Of a DNA stretch of 64,000 bases, positions 35,761 to 47,130 are shown one piece after another. This stretch comes from Podarcis muralis (lineage: Eukaryota). A program made the position numbers and the translations under genes. Within the stretch, counting starts at the first letter, position 1; the number at the start of each line of letters is the position of its first letter. The notes below the pieces were generated by a model. The model saw nothing but the letters and a program-made list of their open reading frames with translations, was not told the origin of the DNA and did not search any database. Where the stretch lies: the NCBI RefSeq assembly GCF_964188315.1, contig NC_135673.1, positions 18,352,001 through 18,416,000 of the forward strand, read 5' to 3'.

Positions 35761-38230
35761 TCTTTGTGGCATCTTCAGGCAGAAGGCAGGAGGTTTTTGG
35801 GGGAAGAAGGGGAGCCCAGGCCCCCCCCAAAAAAAAATCCCTGGAGGAGAGAAGAGGGTCTCCCAACCCCAGGAAGGGCAGCTGGCTTGCCACATTTGGA
35901 AATGGATGAAGTGGCGTTGGTACCTTCTGCATAACACACTTTGCATCCTTCAACCTTAAAACTCGCTCCTGCAAGAGGCTAGGAAGACCAACCACCTGGG
36001 CAGCGATAATCTTATTACTCGCCCTTCATCCTAAGGTCCGAGGGCATGTTACAACCATTTAAAATATAATTTTAAAAAAGGAAAAAATAAGAGCATTTCT
36101 GTATCAGGCCAGTGGCCCACCTAGAGCAGCATCCTCTTCTCAGTGGCCAAACCAGTGAGAAACCTGCAGGCAGGACCCAAGCACAAGAGCAACATTCTCC
36201 CCTAAGGTGGTTTCCAGAAGCATTGCTGCCTGCAGCTGGGGAGGTAGGCCAGAGCCATTGTGGTTAGTGGCTATGGATAGCGCTCTCCACCTCCATGAAA
36301 CTGTCTAATCCTCTTTTGATGTCATCTTGCTTGGTGACTGCCACTGCAGTCCACAGTTTAACTATTTAAAAATTAAAAAAAAAATGTTTTCCAAAACTTA
36401 GTTACAGGAGGTACTATAGCAAAAAAAGCATTAAATAAAAATAACATCTAATAAAAATTAACAGAAGTCCATACAATGGCTTATATTTTAGATTTCCAAA
36501 CTTTCTGCATCAGAAATCTTCAAAGCTCGAAAGAGGGTGAGACCAATTGGAGGTGGAGGCTACTGATAGCTACTAGCCCTGATGGTTAGGTTTTGTGTGT
36601 GTGCAACAGGACCTCCACTGCAGGATGCTCTTAAGACAGGATGCTCAGTCTAACCCACTTGTGTAGAAACAGAGGAAGCTGGCTTAAACTAAGTCAGGCC
36701 ACTAGGTCCATCTAGCTCAAGACTGTATACACTGATCAGTAGTGGCTCTCCAAAGTTTCTGGCAGGGTTTCTTTCCCAGCCTTGCCTGGAGATGTCAGCA
36801 GGGATTGAAGCTTGGACCTTCTGTATGCAGGACAGGTGCTCTGTATCTGTATCTACAGCCCTTCCCCTAAAAATAAACTTAAGGTTCTAGACCTCATGAT
36901 TCTTAGTGAAGGGCTGATTTTTCCAGAGCTTTTTGGCAGAGGGTCTTTCGCCAGTGCTGTGTGCAGATGTCTCTGGGGACTGAACCTGGGGACTGAGCCT
37001 TCCATGTGCAAAGGAGATACCATACTCTACCCCTTCAACACAAAATATGATTCTAGTCCTTGTAGTTCAATTGAACAGGAATGTGGGGATCTGCCTTCTA
37101 TCGAGTCAGACCGTTGGTCCATCTAGCTCAGTACTGTATACACTGGCTTGCAGCAGTGGCTCTCTCCAGAGTTTCAGGCAGCGGTCTTTCTCCCCCAGCC
37201 TCTGGAATAAGATGGATCCAGAGCAGAATGGATTCTGAGTAGACTCAGTTGCATCTGGAATAAGACCTCAGCCAATCCTCAGTCTGATGTTTTCTTTTCC
37301 TTTGCAATATTTTTGCCCTCTTAAGAGTCTCATCTCTGCACACCACAAACTGAAGGAGCTCCCAGGAAATGGTGCATAGGTCAAAAACACCATCCACCCT
37401 TCAAGAGAACAGCTGTGTTGGAGCGCATCTCCCACAGAGGAGTTGGCACACCTGACATAGCCAGTAGGTGGCATGTTGAACTCAAGAAAAATAAAGTCTC
37501 CACCTGCAGATAGTTTGGAGTTAAAAGGAAATAACGTATTTACTCAAGTCTAATGTGCCATCGAATCTAAAGTGCACCTTAATTTCCACAACATAATTTG
37601 GCCAAAAAAGGTGAAGAAGAAGAAGAAGAGTTTGGATTTGATATCCCGCCTTTCACTCCCCTTCAGGAGTCTCAAAGCGGCTAACAATCTCCTTTCCCTT
37701 CCTCCCCCACAACAAACAGTCTGTGAGGTGACTGGGGCTGAGAGACTTCAGAGAAGTGTGACTGGCCCAAGGTCACCCAGCAGCTGCAGGTGGAGGAGCG
37801 GAGACGCGAACCCGGTTACCCAGATTACGTGACTACCGCTCTTAACCACTACACCACACTGGCTCTCACTGGTGAGCATTAGATGTGAGTAAAAATGGTA
37901 GTTGTTATGTTTTTCTGTTTCTTCTTCTGATGGTTATGCCTTAGAAGTATAAAATCTCTAATAAAAGCAAAGTTAATAGGAAAGAAGGGGAACATTGGTG
38001 GAACTTCAGACAGACTCCAGCTCCCAGCAGCCACTGCAGATCATCTGCTTTGGTTGCAGTCAGCCCCGCGTTTCATCAATGGCATCTCCAGGTGGGGCAG
38101 GGAATGTTCCCTGCCCAAAACCCTAGAGAGGCAGTGCCAGTCAGTGTGTGCAGTGCTGAGCTAGGTGGACCAAGGGTCTGACATGATCTAAGACAGCCTC
38201 CCTTTGCCCCTGAGATTCTGTTTATTAAAA

Positions 38231-38332
38231 GTCACCTTATTGTGATCTCTATCAGTGTAACATTCAGAACAGCCTAAGGTCACCTTATTGTGATCCCTAT
38301 CAGTGTAACATTCAGAACAGCCTAAGGTCACC
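38231..38332. repeat. 48-bp tandem duplication (about 2.1 copies, 1 mismatch)
   Basis: gtcaccttattgtgatc(t/c)ctatcagtgtaacattcagaacagcctaag at 38231 and 38279. Confidence 0.92.
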
Positions 38333-38361
38333 AACAGTTCTGTGCCCCAAAGGTCATACAG

Positions 38362-38497
38362 CAGGCATAGGCAAACTCAGCCCTCCAGATGTTTTGGGAC
38401 GACAACTCCCATCATCCCTAGCTAACAGGACCAGTGGTCAGGGATGGTGGGAATTGTAGTCCAAAAACATCTGGAGGGCCGAGTTTGCCTATGCCTG
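38362..38497. mobile_element. 136-bp hairpin hAT MITE
   Basis: TIR caggcataggcaaactc / gagtttgcctatgcctg; perfect 8-bp TSD TCATACAG. Confidence 0.9.
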
Positions 38498-39972
38498 TCA
38501 TACAGTCTACATGAGGAAGAACTTACTGGTGGCAAGAGCAGTTCAACAGTGCTGTGGGACAGACTCCCTCAGAAGGTGGTAGACTCTCACTTCCTTTGAG
38601 GTTTTTAAGCAGAGGTTAGATGGCCATATGTCATGGATGCTTTAGGTGAGATTCCTGAATTGCAGGGGGTTGGAACAAAATGACCCCACTGCCAAAGTCC
38701 TAGCTCCACAATCCATTGGAGGAAAAGCCCCTGAGCTCTCAGGAACTAGCCTGACCCCATGGATGCAGGTTTTGGACCACTTCCAACATCCCCTCTCTCT
38801 TCCAAAGGAGGCATCCTTAATATGTGCATAGCCAGTCAATGGGGAAAGTGGTTTCTTGGAGGGTTTCAGGCAGGGGACATTCCCAATCTCACTTGGAGAT
38901 GTGAGGGGTTGAGCCTGAGACCTTCTGCATGCAAAGTGAGTGTTCTGCCACTGACCTTCCTAAGGGAATGACCCAAGCACAAGAGCATTCTGCCATTCTT
39001 TGGCTCCCTGGAACCAGGATTCAGAAGCATTACTGATTGTGGAGGCAGAGCATAGCCTTATCCTCCATGAATAGCCTCATCCTCTATGACAGTCCAACTT
39101 CCAAGAGACTGAGATCTACTCCCACTACAAAAACACTAGCAGTGATCTACCCATTCGATTGACCATAGTTGTTGAGCTTTTTTGTTTTTGTTTTGTTTTT
39201 GGGTCGATCAATCAGGATCAAGCGATCAACCAGGAATGACCAGGAACACCCCGCAATCGACCGGTTCATCACGATTGAACAGTCGGACATCCCCACTCTA
39301 TGACATAAGAAGAGCCTGCTGGATCAGGCCAGCGGGGGTCCACCTAGTCCAGTCTGCTCTCACAATAGCTAATCAGGTGCTCCCATGGGAAGCCCGCAAG
39401 CAACAGCAACTCTCCCATTGTTATTCTCCATTATCTGGGTATTCAAATGTAGACTGCCCCTGGGCATGCAGGTTCTACAAACACAATAGACCTCCTTAAG
39501 AAGAGCCTGCTTGCTGGATCAGGCCAGTGGCCCATCTAGTCCAGCACCCTGTTCTCACAGGGGCTAACAGGATCCCTATTATGAGAAACCCACAATCAAC
39601 ACCTGAGCACAAGAGCCCTCTCCCTTTGTGCGGGTTGCAGAAACTGGTATTCAGAAGTGCTACTGCTTCCTTCGGCGGAGGCAGAGCATAACCACCATGT
39701 AGTAGCCACTGATAGCCCTCTCCTCCTCCATGAATTTGTCTAAGGCTCTTTAAAAGCCATCTGCGTTAGTTGCCATCACTTCCTCCTGTGGGAGTGAGTT
39801 CCATAGTTAAACTATATGCTGTGTGAAGAAGGACTTCTTTTTATCTGTCCTGAATCTTTCAACATTCAGCTCCACTGGATGCCCACGAAAGAGGAAGAAG
39901 GACTTCTTTCTCTTCACTCTCCGTGACATGCATAATTTTACGAACTCTCTTTTACTTGCCTTTCCTCTAAAC

Positions 39973-40199
39973 CAGTGGTTCCCAACCTTTTTTGGGCCAC
40001 ACCCCACCTAAGCATCTCTAAAATCCTGAACCACCACCCCCATTACATATAATTCTTATTATTCAAAAAGTGAACTCCTATTCACGTGGAGGAAGCCTAA
40101 AAGGCCATTAACTTGGTCTAAACATTCTCGAATTCCCCCCCCCCTTTAAAAATCAAATTGCCCTCCTGTGGGGCATGTGCCCCACGTTAGGAACCACAG
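39973..40199. mobile_element. hAT MITE
   Basis: cagtggttcccaacc...gttaggaaccacag termini; TSD ctctaaac / ctccaaac (7/8). Confidence 0.7.
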
Positions 40200-41700
40200 C
40201 TCCAAACCAAAAGGTCCCAAACTCTCAGGAGTCACTTGAGATAAAGCAGGGTGCCCCAGTTCTAGAGCCCTAGCAACTCAGCTCTTATTAGCCTAGAACA
40301 TCTGTCTTGCCATCGTTCCCTTCCTCAGCCTGCTGCAGTTGGCACGGGTTTGAGTTTGGTTCTCCAGGGAACTGGGTGCCTGATGGTAGCTGAGTCAGGC
40401 TCCTTTTCCCCCCTTAAAGCACGGGTTTCCACATTTTGCTGAGGCAAGACCTTTAAACCTTGTGATAGATTGGGAAGAGGCAGCTGATCCAGGTTTCTAT
40501 ATTTTTGTTTCTGAGCTGGCCTTGGCAACATTACGTGGAAGAATTTCTGCCCGAGATAGAGGGAAGGGCTTGTTCCAATTGCTTGGGGGGGGGGGGGTGG
40601 AGGATTTTTCTATTCCAGCTAAACTTAGTGTGATGCCTTTGCAGAGGTCTCTGGTGGTTTGCTCAGTCTGGTGCTGACCACAAGCAGTTCCTGGCTGAAC
40701 CTGCAAAAATGTACGATCCTACTTTCACTCTTGTTATAGATGGGGGGGGGTGGCTAAACCCAATAAACTAACATTTTTTTCTCTTCACTGGCTGGCCTAG
40801 TGAAGAGCAAATCTGTTAACATGACAAACGAGCCATCTGAGAGGAATCCTTTGGTCTGGGGAGACAGATGTTGCCAAGGTGATGGTGTGTGTGTGTTTGA
40901 AGTGACAGGAAAAGTGAGTTTTTAGCAAGGTGTTCTGCGAAAGAGGAGGAGGAGGGAAAGACTGGGATCCATGTTGGGCAGGCTGGCTGAGAGCTGGCTG
41001 GGAGAGATGCCCTGGATTCCAGGGCTGCTCTGCTGTGGTGGACAAGCGGCTCTTGAAATGACCATGCTGTAAGATCTGGACTCCCTCCCTGCAGAGTGAA
41101 TGTGTAAATAGGTGAATAAACTATATTTCTTAAAACTATGACAGTCTCTGTTGTGTCTCAATTCTTCAAAGGAGCACAAACCCTGGGTGAGTGCTGGGAA
41201 CTCCCTGGTCTCTTGTTACTGCTTAGCAGAGAGAGGGAGAGGCACTCACTTTTCTAACAACTCTGAATGAGAGCTGTGTTGGGAAAGGGCTGTAGCTCAA
41301 TGACAGAGCACCTGCTTGGCATGCGGAGGATCCCAGGTTCACCTTCTAGTTTCTCCAGGTAGAGGTCCTCCATCTGAAACCCTAGAAAGTCACAACCAGT
41401 CAGGTGTGAACATTACTGAGTAGATGGACCAAGGGCCTCAGTAGAAGGCAGCTTCCTATGTTCCTATTTAACTCAGAACTAGGAAGACTAGAATCTTACT
41501 TAATTTTTAGGCGTAGGGCCATAGCTCCGTGGTAGACCACCTGCTTTCTGCCTGTGACTCTGGGGAGTCATTGCCAGTCAGAATAGACAATGCTGAGCTA
41601 GGTGGACTGATGCTCTATAACTCTGTGTCATGCAACTTCTTATGTCTGATCCTTCAGTGGCTTTGCAAAGGTTTTTGGCCCTGAAAAGCAGCCATAACTG

Positions 41701-41740
41701 GAATGAATGAATGAATGAATGAATGAATGAATGAATGAAT
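41701..41740. repeat. (GAAT)10 microsatellite
   Basis: Direct reading. Confidence 0.95.
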
Positions 41741-44004
41741 GGACTAGGTGTTTGGAGTGCAGTGGTGTGGGGGGAAATCCACTGACCAGCCTTGCAAGCT
41801 CAGCAACTGGTTGGCCTCCCCACTCCCTGGGGATGTCCCTACTATCAGCACAGCATCTTGCTGGTAGGCACAATGGCTATGCTCTTGCTCTGCAGATGGA
41901 AGCAGCAGGAGAGGAGAGGGCTCCTGTACTCAGGGTCAGCTTGGAGGTTTCTGTTTGGAGCATCTCACTGGCTACTGGTGATAATAGGATGCTGGACTAG
42001 GTGGGCCATTGGCCGGATCCATGAGGGCTCTCCTTATCTTTTTATTTAAGAGGCGCCCTGCTACATCAGGCCAAGATGGGCAGCCCCACCAAACCCAGAA
42101 TCCTCTTCTCTACAGGAACCCAGGAAGCTCCAGGAAGCCCACAAGCCAGGTATCTCTTTGCATCTTTGCAGGAGGACATCCCTAGGTGCATGGAGTCAAG
42201 AAAACATAGTTTTGTGGTTGCTTTTATGTGATTGTTCTCATTTTAATAACAAGTTTGTCCTGTAGATGATGATAATTGCATAAGAACCAGCCCCTGACTT
42301 TATCAGAAGACAAATAACTTGGCTGGCTGCCTTTCCCAACACACCCTGCTCTTGTTTTTTGATTTTGTCAACCCTTCACCCAGCTGGGGAAATTTTGTGT
42401 TGAAACCAGAAAGTGTTTCTGCTGGTGGTTTAAGTACAGGGAAGCAGAAGGCACCCTGTGGTGGGCAGAGCCTCTTTATTACCGGGTGAAATCTGGGCTC
42501 TGGAATGTGAAGCAAGAAGAGACAACAGTGCTCCTGAGCCAGGTGCAGACTGCATTTCCCTCCTTGCCAAGAAGCCACTGAGAGTCTCATTTACATCAAG
42601 GATCAGGGAGAAGGATCACAGTTGTGTGTGTTTTCCGGAAACGTTCTGGGTCATGCCATTTCTGCTGGCCACAGAGCCCATAGCCTGACATCAGGTCATA
42701 CCCCTAGTCCATCTTGATTCATATTGTCTGCACTGACTGGCAGCAGCTGTTCTGGCTTTTAAGCAGGGGGCTCTTTACCAACCCTATGTGGAGATGCCAG
42801 CGGGGATTGAACCTGCAACCTTCTGCATGAAAAGCAGGTGCTATAATACTGATCTATCTGCTAAAAATTAATAGATTCCAGTCTTCAAGGTTCTGAATAA
42901 AGGGATTGACCTGAGGCCTTCTGCATTTAAAGTAGCTGCTCCGATACAACAGAGGTACTGCATTTTCCGAACTGGTGTTTATACTGGCAGGCTATGAACA
43001 AGGGCTAATTTTGAAAAGCAACATAGACTCAGTGCAGAACATGGAGAATTCCCACACAGACCTACCCTTTTTTTCCTTTGCAGATTGCATTCTAGAGAAA
43101 GGAAGAAAACAAAAACTTGATGCCCCCCTCTCTTTATAATCTGCCTTAGACAATATTTCCACCAGGGGCAACAAATCAAAGCAAACAACACCAGGTTCTG
43201 TCAGTGGGGGTCAAATCTCGGCTAAAATGCAACGCAGTGAGCTTCCCACCCAAAACTCTCACCTTCCCAATCCGCATTTATGTAATCCTGGCTTTCAACA
43301 AAAGCATCCAAAGTCCATCACCACGGAGAGGCCCTTGGGACAGATCCTGCCAGTGCCTTTTGCCAGAGTCACGATGGAGCAGTCTAACCTGAGAATAGCA
43401 GTGCACTTTGGAACACAGCAACACACCCATCGGTACACAAGCAGGGCTGTCACATATAATAAATGATCTGTACAGATGCAAATTTAGGCCAGTACACAGG
43501 AACCCTTGGGTCCCAGATCTTACTCTGAGGAAAGGGCTGCCAGCATGATATTATGGAGGGGCATGATATTAAGGATGCAGCAGGGAGGGGGCGTTTTCAG
43601 CCTGAGGGCCACATTCTCTTCTGGGCAACCTTCCAGGGGCCATGTGCCAGTGGTAGGTGAAGCCAGAGGCAAAAATTGCTAGAGCAATTCATGCAATTTT
43701 ACCTTTTGACAGTAAGCTAGATTCTACACTTGTATGCAGGATCAGGCCAGTGGCCCATCAAGTCCAACATCCTCTTTTCACACTGGCCAACCAGGTGCCT
43801 CTTCTGGGTGGCCCACGAGCAGGACCTGAGCACAAGAGGCCTCTCCCCTCCTGCAACTGGTGTTACAGAAGCATTGCTTTTTCCAGCTGGGGAGGCAGAG
43901 CATAGCCACTGTTGCTTTTGGCCATCATCAACTACCTCCTCCATGAATTTGTCTAATCCTTTTTTTTTAAAGCCACATAGGCCATCTTTTCCCAGCCACC
44001 TAGC

Positions 44005-44476
44005 TTTTCCCAGTAGTGATGTAGTGATGTATGGTGTATTTTCCCAGTAGTGATGTATGGAAGTGAAAGCTGGACCATAAAGAAGGCTGATCGCCGAAGA
44101 ATTGATTCTTTTGAATTATGGTGCTGGAGGAGACTCTTGAGAGTCCCATGGACTGCAAGAAGATCAAACCTATCCATTCTGAAGGAAATCAGCCCTGAGT
44201 GCTCACTGGAAGGACAGATCATGAAGCTGAGGCTCCAATACTTTGGCCACCTCATGAGAGGAGAAGACTCCCTGGAAAAGACCCTGATGCTGGGAAAGAT
44301 GGAGGGCACAAGGAGAAGGGGACGACAGAGGACAAGATGGTTGGATAGTGTTCTCGAAGCTACCAGCATGAGTTGACCAAACTGCGGGAGGCAGTGGAAG
44401 ACAGAAGTGCCTGGCGTGCTCTGGTCCATGGGGTCACGAAAAGTCGGACACGACTAAATGACTAAACAACAACAAC
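44005..44476 (+). mobile_element. Bov-B (RTE) LINE 3' fragment
   Basis: MYGSESWTIKKADRRRIDSFELWCWRRLLRVPWTARRSNLSILKEI...LEKTLMLGKMEG; 3' end cggacacgactaaatgactaaacaacaacaac. Confidence 0.93.
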
Positions 44477-46379
44477 AGGCCACCACTGCTTCCTGGGGGT
44501 TGAGAGTTCCAAAGTCTAATTCTGCACTGTGTGAAGAAGCCCTTTCTTTTAACTGACCTGAATCTTCCAACATGAGAGAGAAACTTTTATCTCCCCACTT
44601 TCTCCACACCATTTTGGACACTATTATCATGTTGCCCCATGCACGCACACACGCACGCGCGCACACACACCCACACCCCACAGACCTCAATAGGTCAATG
44701 TTTCCTTATGATTTTTAGTAGGACCAAAGAAAGCACTTCTGCAACGGGAGGAGTCAAGCTGCAGATTTAGAAGCCGCCCCAATTTGCTCTCCAGAACCAA
44801 TGGCTATACTTGCATCTCTTCTAAAGCATTAAAGCAGCTTAGCAATCAGATCCTCTTTAAGAGAGACAGTAAAAATACAAGCTCAGAGAAATGCAGGGTT
44901 TCCCCTTCCTGGTCTTGGTGACGGCAAAGGAGAGGTCTCTTATCTGGTGCAAAGAGCCGGAGAGGATTCTGCACAAGAGGTGAAGAGCAAGAAAGGATTT
45001 AACTAAAATAACCACACCCTGCTGGTTATCTGGGGCATGGCCTCTCAGGAATATCCCCATTGAATCAAGAAGGGGTTGGTGAGCTCCTTTCCATGTGGGG
45101 TGAGTGTCTCATAGATCAATGCTGAATAGTGGAAGATTCAGGACAGATAAAAGAAATGATTTATTCATGTAGCACATTGTTAAACTATGGAACTCAGTGC
45201 CACAGGAGGCAGGGACAGCCTAGGTAATTTTAAAAGAGGATTAGAAAAATTCATGGAGGGCTGTTGATGGCTATTAGCTATGATCACAATGATGTCTCTA
45301 CCTTTGAAGGCAGTAAAGCTTCTGAATTCCAGTTTCTGAAAGCCACAGGAGGTGAGAGGGCACTTGTTCCTGAGTCCTGCTTACAGCAGGTTTCCCATTG
45401 GGGCATCTGGCTGGCCAGTGGGAGAACAGGATGCTGGACTGGGCCCCCTTTGGCTTGATCCAGCAGGCTCTTCTTATGTTCTTATGAGATCCTGGAAGAT
45501 GGGAACGGTAGGATGGGAGAAGAAAGTGGGGGGAGGGGGGACAAAGAAAGGAAAGAGGAGGCACCTCCCGTCTCTGAACCTTTGGAGAACGACTGCTGCC
45601 AGTCAGTGCAGGCAATACTGGGCTGCTGGGCTGACTTATTTTAATACACTTTCCCATGTAGCTCAGTGTTGGAGCATCTGCTTTGTTTGCAGAGAGTACC
45701 CTCTTCAATCCCTGGAACTTCCAGGTACAGCTGGGATTATCTCTTAAACCTGAAGCACTGGGAAACCACTGTTGCTAGTCAGTGTAGTCACTAGTGAACT
45801 AAATGGACAGCATTTAGTCCATGACTCAGAAGCATCCAGCTTCCTGTATTCCTGTTTGATTCCAACTTCTTCAGAACTATGAGGACTAGAAACTTATGGG
45901 GAAGGGCTATAGCTCCGATGAGAATGTCCCCTGTCTGAAGCTCTGGAGAGCAGCTTCTGCTGTCAGCTAGTGCAGCCAGTCCTGAGCTTCAGTTAATTCA
46001 GAACTATGAGGACTAGTATCCTAACAAAGGCTCCTCCAGAAGCCCCGGAAAGACACTGCTGTCAGTCTGTGTAGACAATACTGAGCTAGATGGCTCAATA
46101 GTTGGACTCAGTGCAAGGCACTTCCTACCTCCCTATTTCATTCAGGCTTTTGTATAGAACCGTGAGGACTAGCATCTTAGTCGGCGGAGAATGCCTCCTG
46201 CCTGAAATTCCTGGAGAGCTGCGGCCAGTCCATGTAGACAGTGCTGAGCTAGATCGACATGTGCTCCTGTTTGATTCAGCTCTTTCTCCAGAATCGTGAG
46301 GACTAGAATCTTTCTTTCTTTTCAGGGGAACGACCTGATCAAAGCTCTGACTCAGCCCTAAAGCAGCTCCCTCTCTTGG

Positions 46380-47130
46380 AAAGCCAAGCCCGGGCGCCGA
46401 AAAGCAACCGTGAGCAAGCAAAAGGAGGGCGTGTCCGCCGGGTGTGTCCGCCCATTAAGGGACGGGACGGGCCCGGCTGAGCCGCCTGGAGTTGCGTGCC
46501 GTCACTGCTGCTGCCACTGTCACCTTTCCTTCCGCGCCTACAACGTTTCGCGCTCCACTACGCGGCTCTCCCGGGCTGTGCGCTGCGTGGAATCCCGCCA
46601 GCTCCTCTCCACAGGACCCGCAAAAGGGGAGAGCGAGACTTTTTATTGCGGTCCCCCGGCGCCCTTTTGCGCGCAGGATGGAGAACCAAGGCGGGTGGCT
46701 CTTCTTCTGGGTGCCCCTCATGCTGGTTCTGGTGGCACTGGCGCTGGAGCTCAGCCCACGGGCCAAGTTCAAGGCGAAGATTGGCTTCTACTGCGTCCTC
46801 TGCGTGGTTGCCTCCACCTTCACCGCCCCCGTCTGCCTCCTATGGAACCGAGGAAGGACTGTCCACAACATGACGTGAGCTTGGAAGCTTCCCCGCTTCC
46901 CCGATCTCCTTTATTTATTTGGGGTGTTCTTTGCAATAGCAGCTGAGAGTTTGGGATACACACGCGCGAGCGCGCATCATAGCGGGTTGGACTAGATGAT
47001 CCTTTGCGTCCTTTCCCATTCTACGATTCTGTGACATCCCTTCCACCGTTTCCTTTCCCGGGTCGGGATTCCTTTCCCACTCAGGGCGTGGAGCTCTGCG
47101 CGCGCTCGCAAGCTCTCCTCGTGCTTTTCT
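46380..47130. promoter_or_regulatory. CpG island at the AGPAT2 promoter and exon 1
   Basis: CpG-dense stretch containing exon 1. Confidence 0.75.
46678..46874 (+). CDS. AGPAT2: 1-acylglycerol-3-phosphate O-acyltransferase 2, exon 1 (later exons not seen in window)
   Basis: cagg ATG G; MENQGGWLFFWVPLMLVLVALALELSPRAKFKAKIGFYCVLC...GRTVHNM(T) | GTGAGC, phase 2. Resembles recalled AGPAT2 exon 1 (…GRTVENMS). Head-to-head with DIPK1B as in human. Confidence 0.87.

Noticed and set aside
34957-35995. Several 118-294 aa ORFs over the DIPK1B promoter
   Set aside because: GC-rich stop-poor region; only the 54-nt exon 1 has homology and a donor site.
38294-38305. TCCCTATCAGTG, identical to the first 12 bp of tetO
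   Set aside because: The rest of the operator and any vector context are absent; chance match inside the 48-bp duplication.
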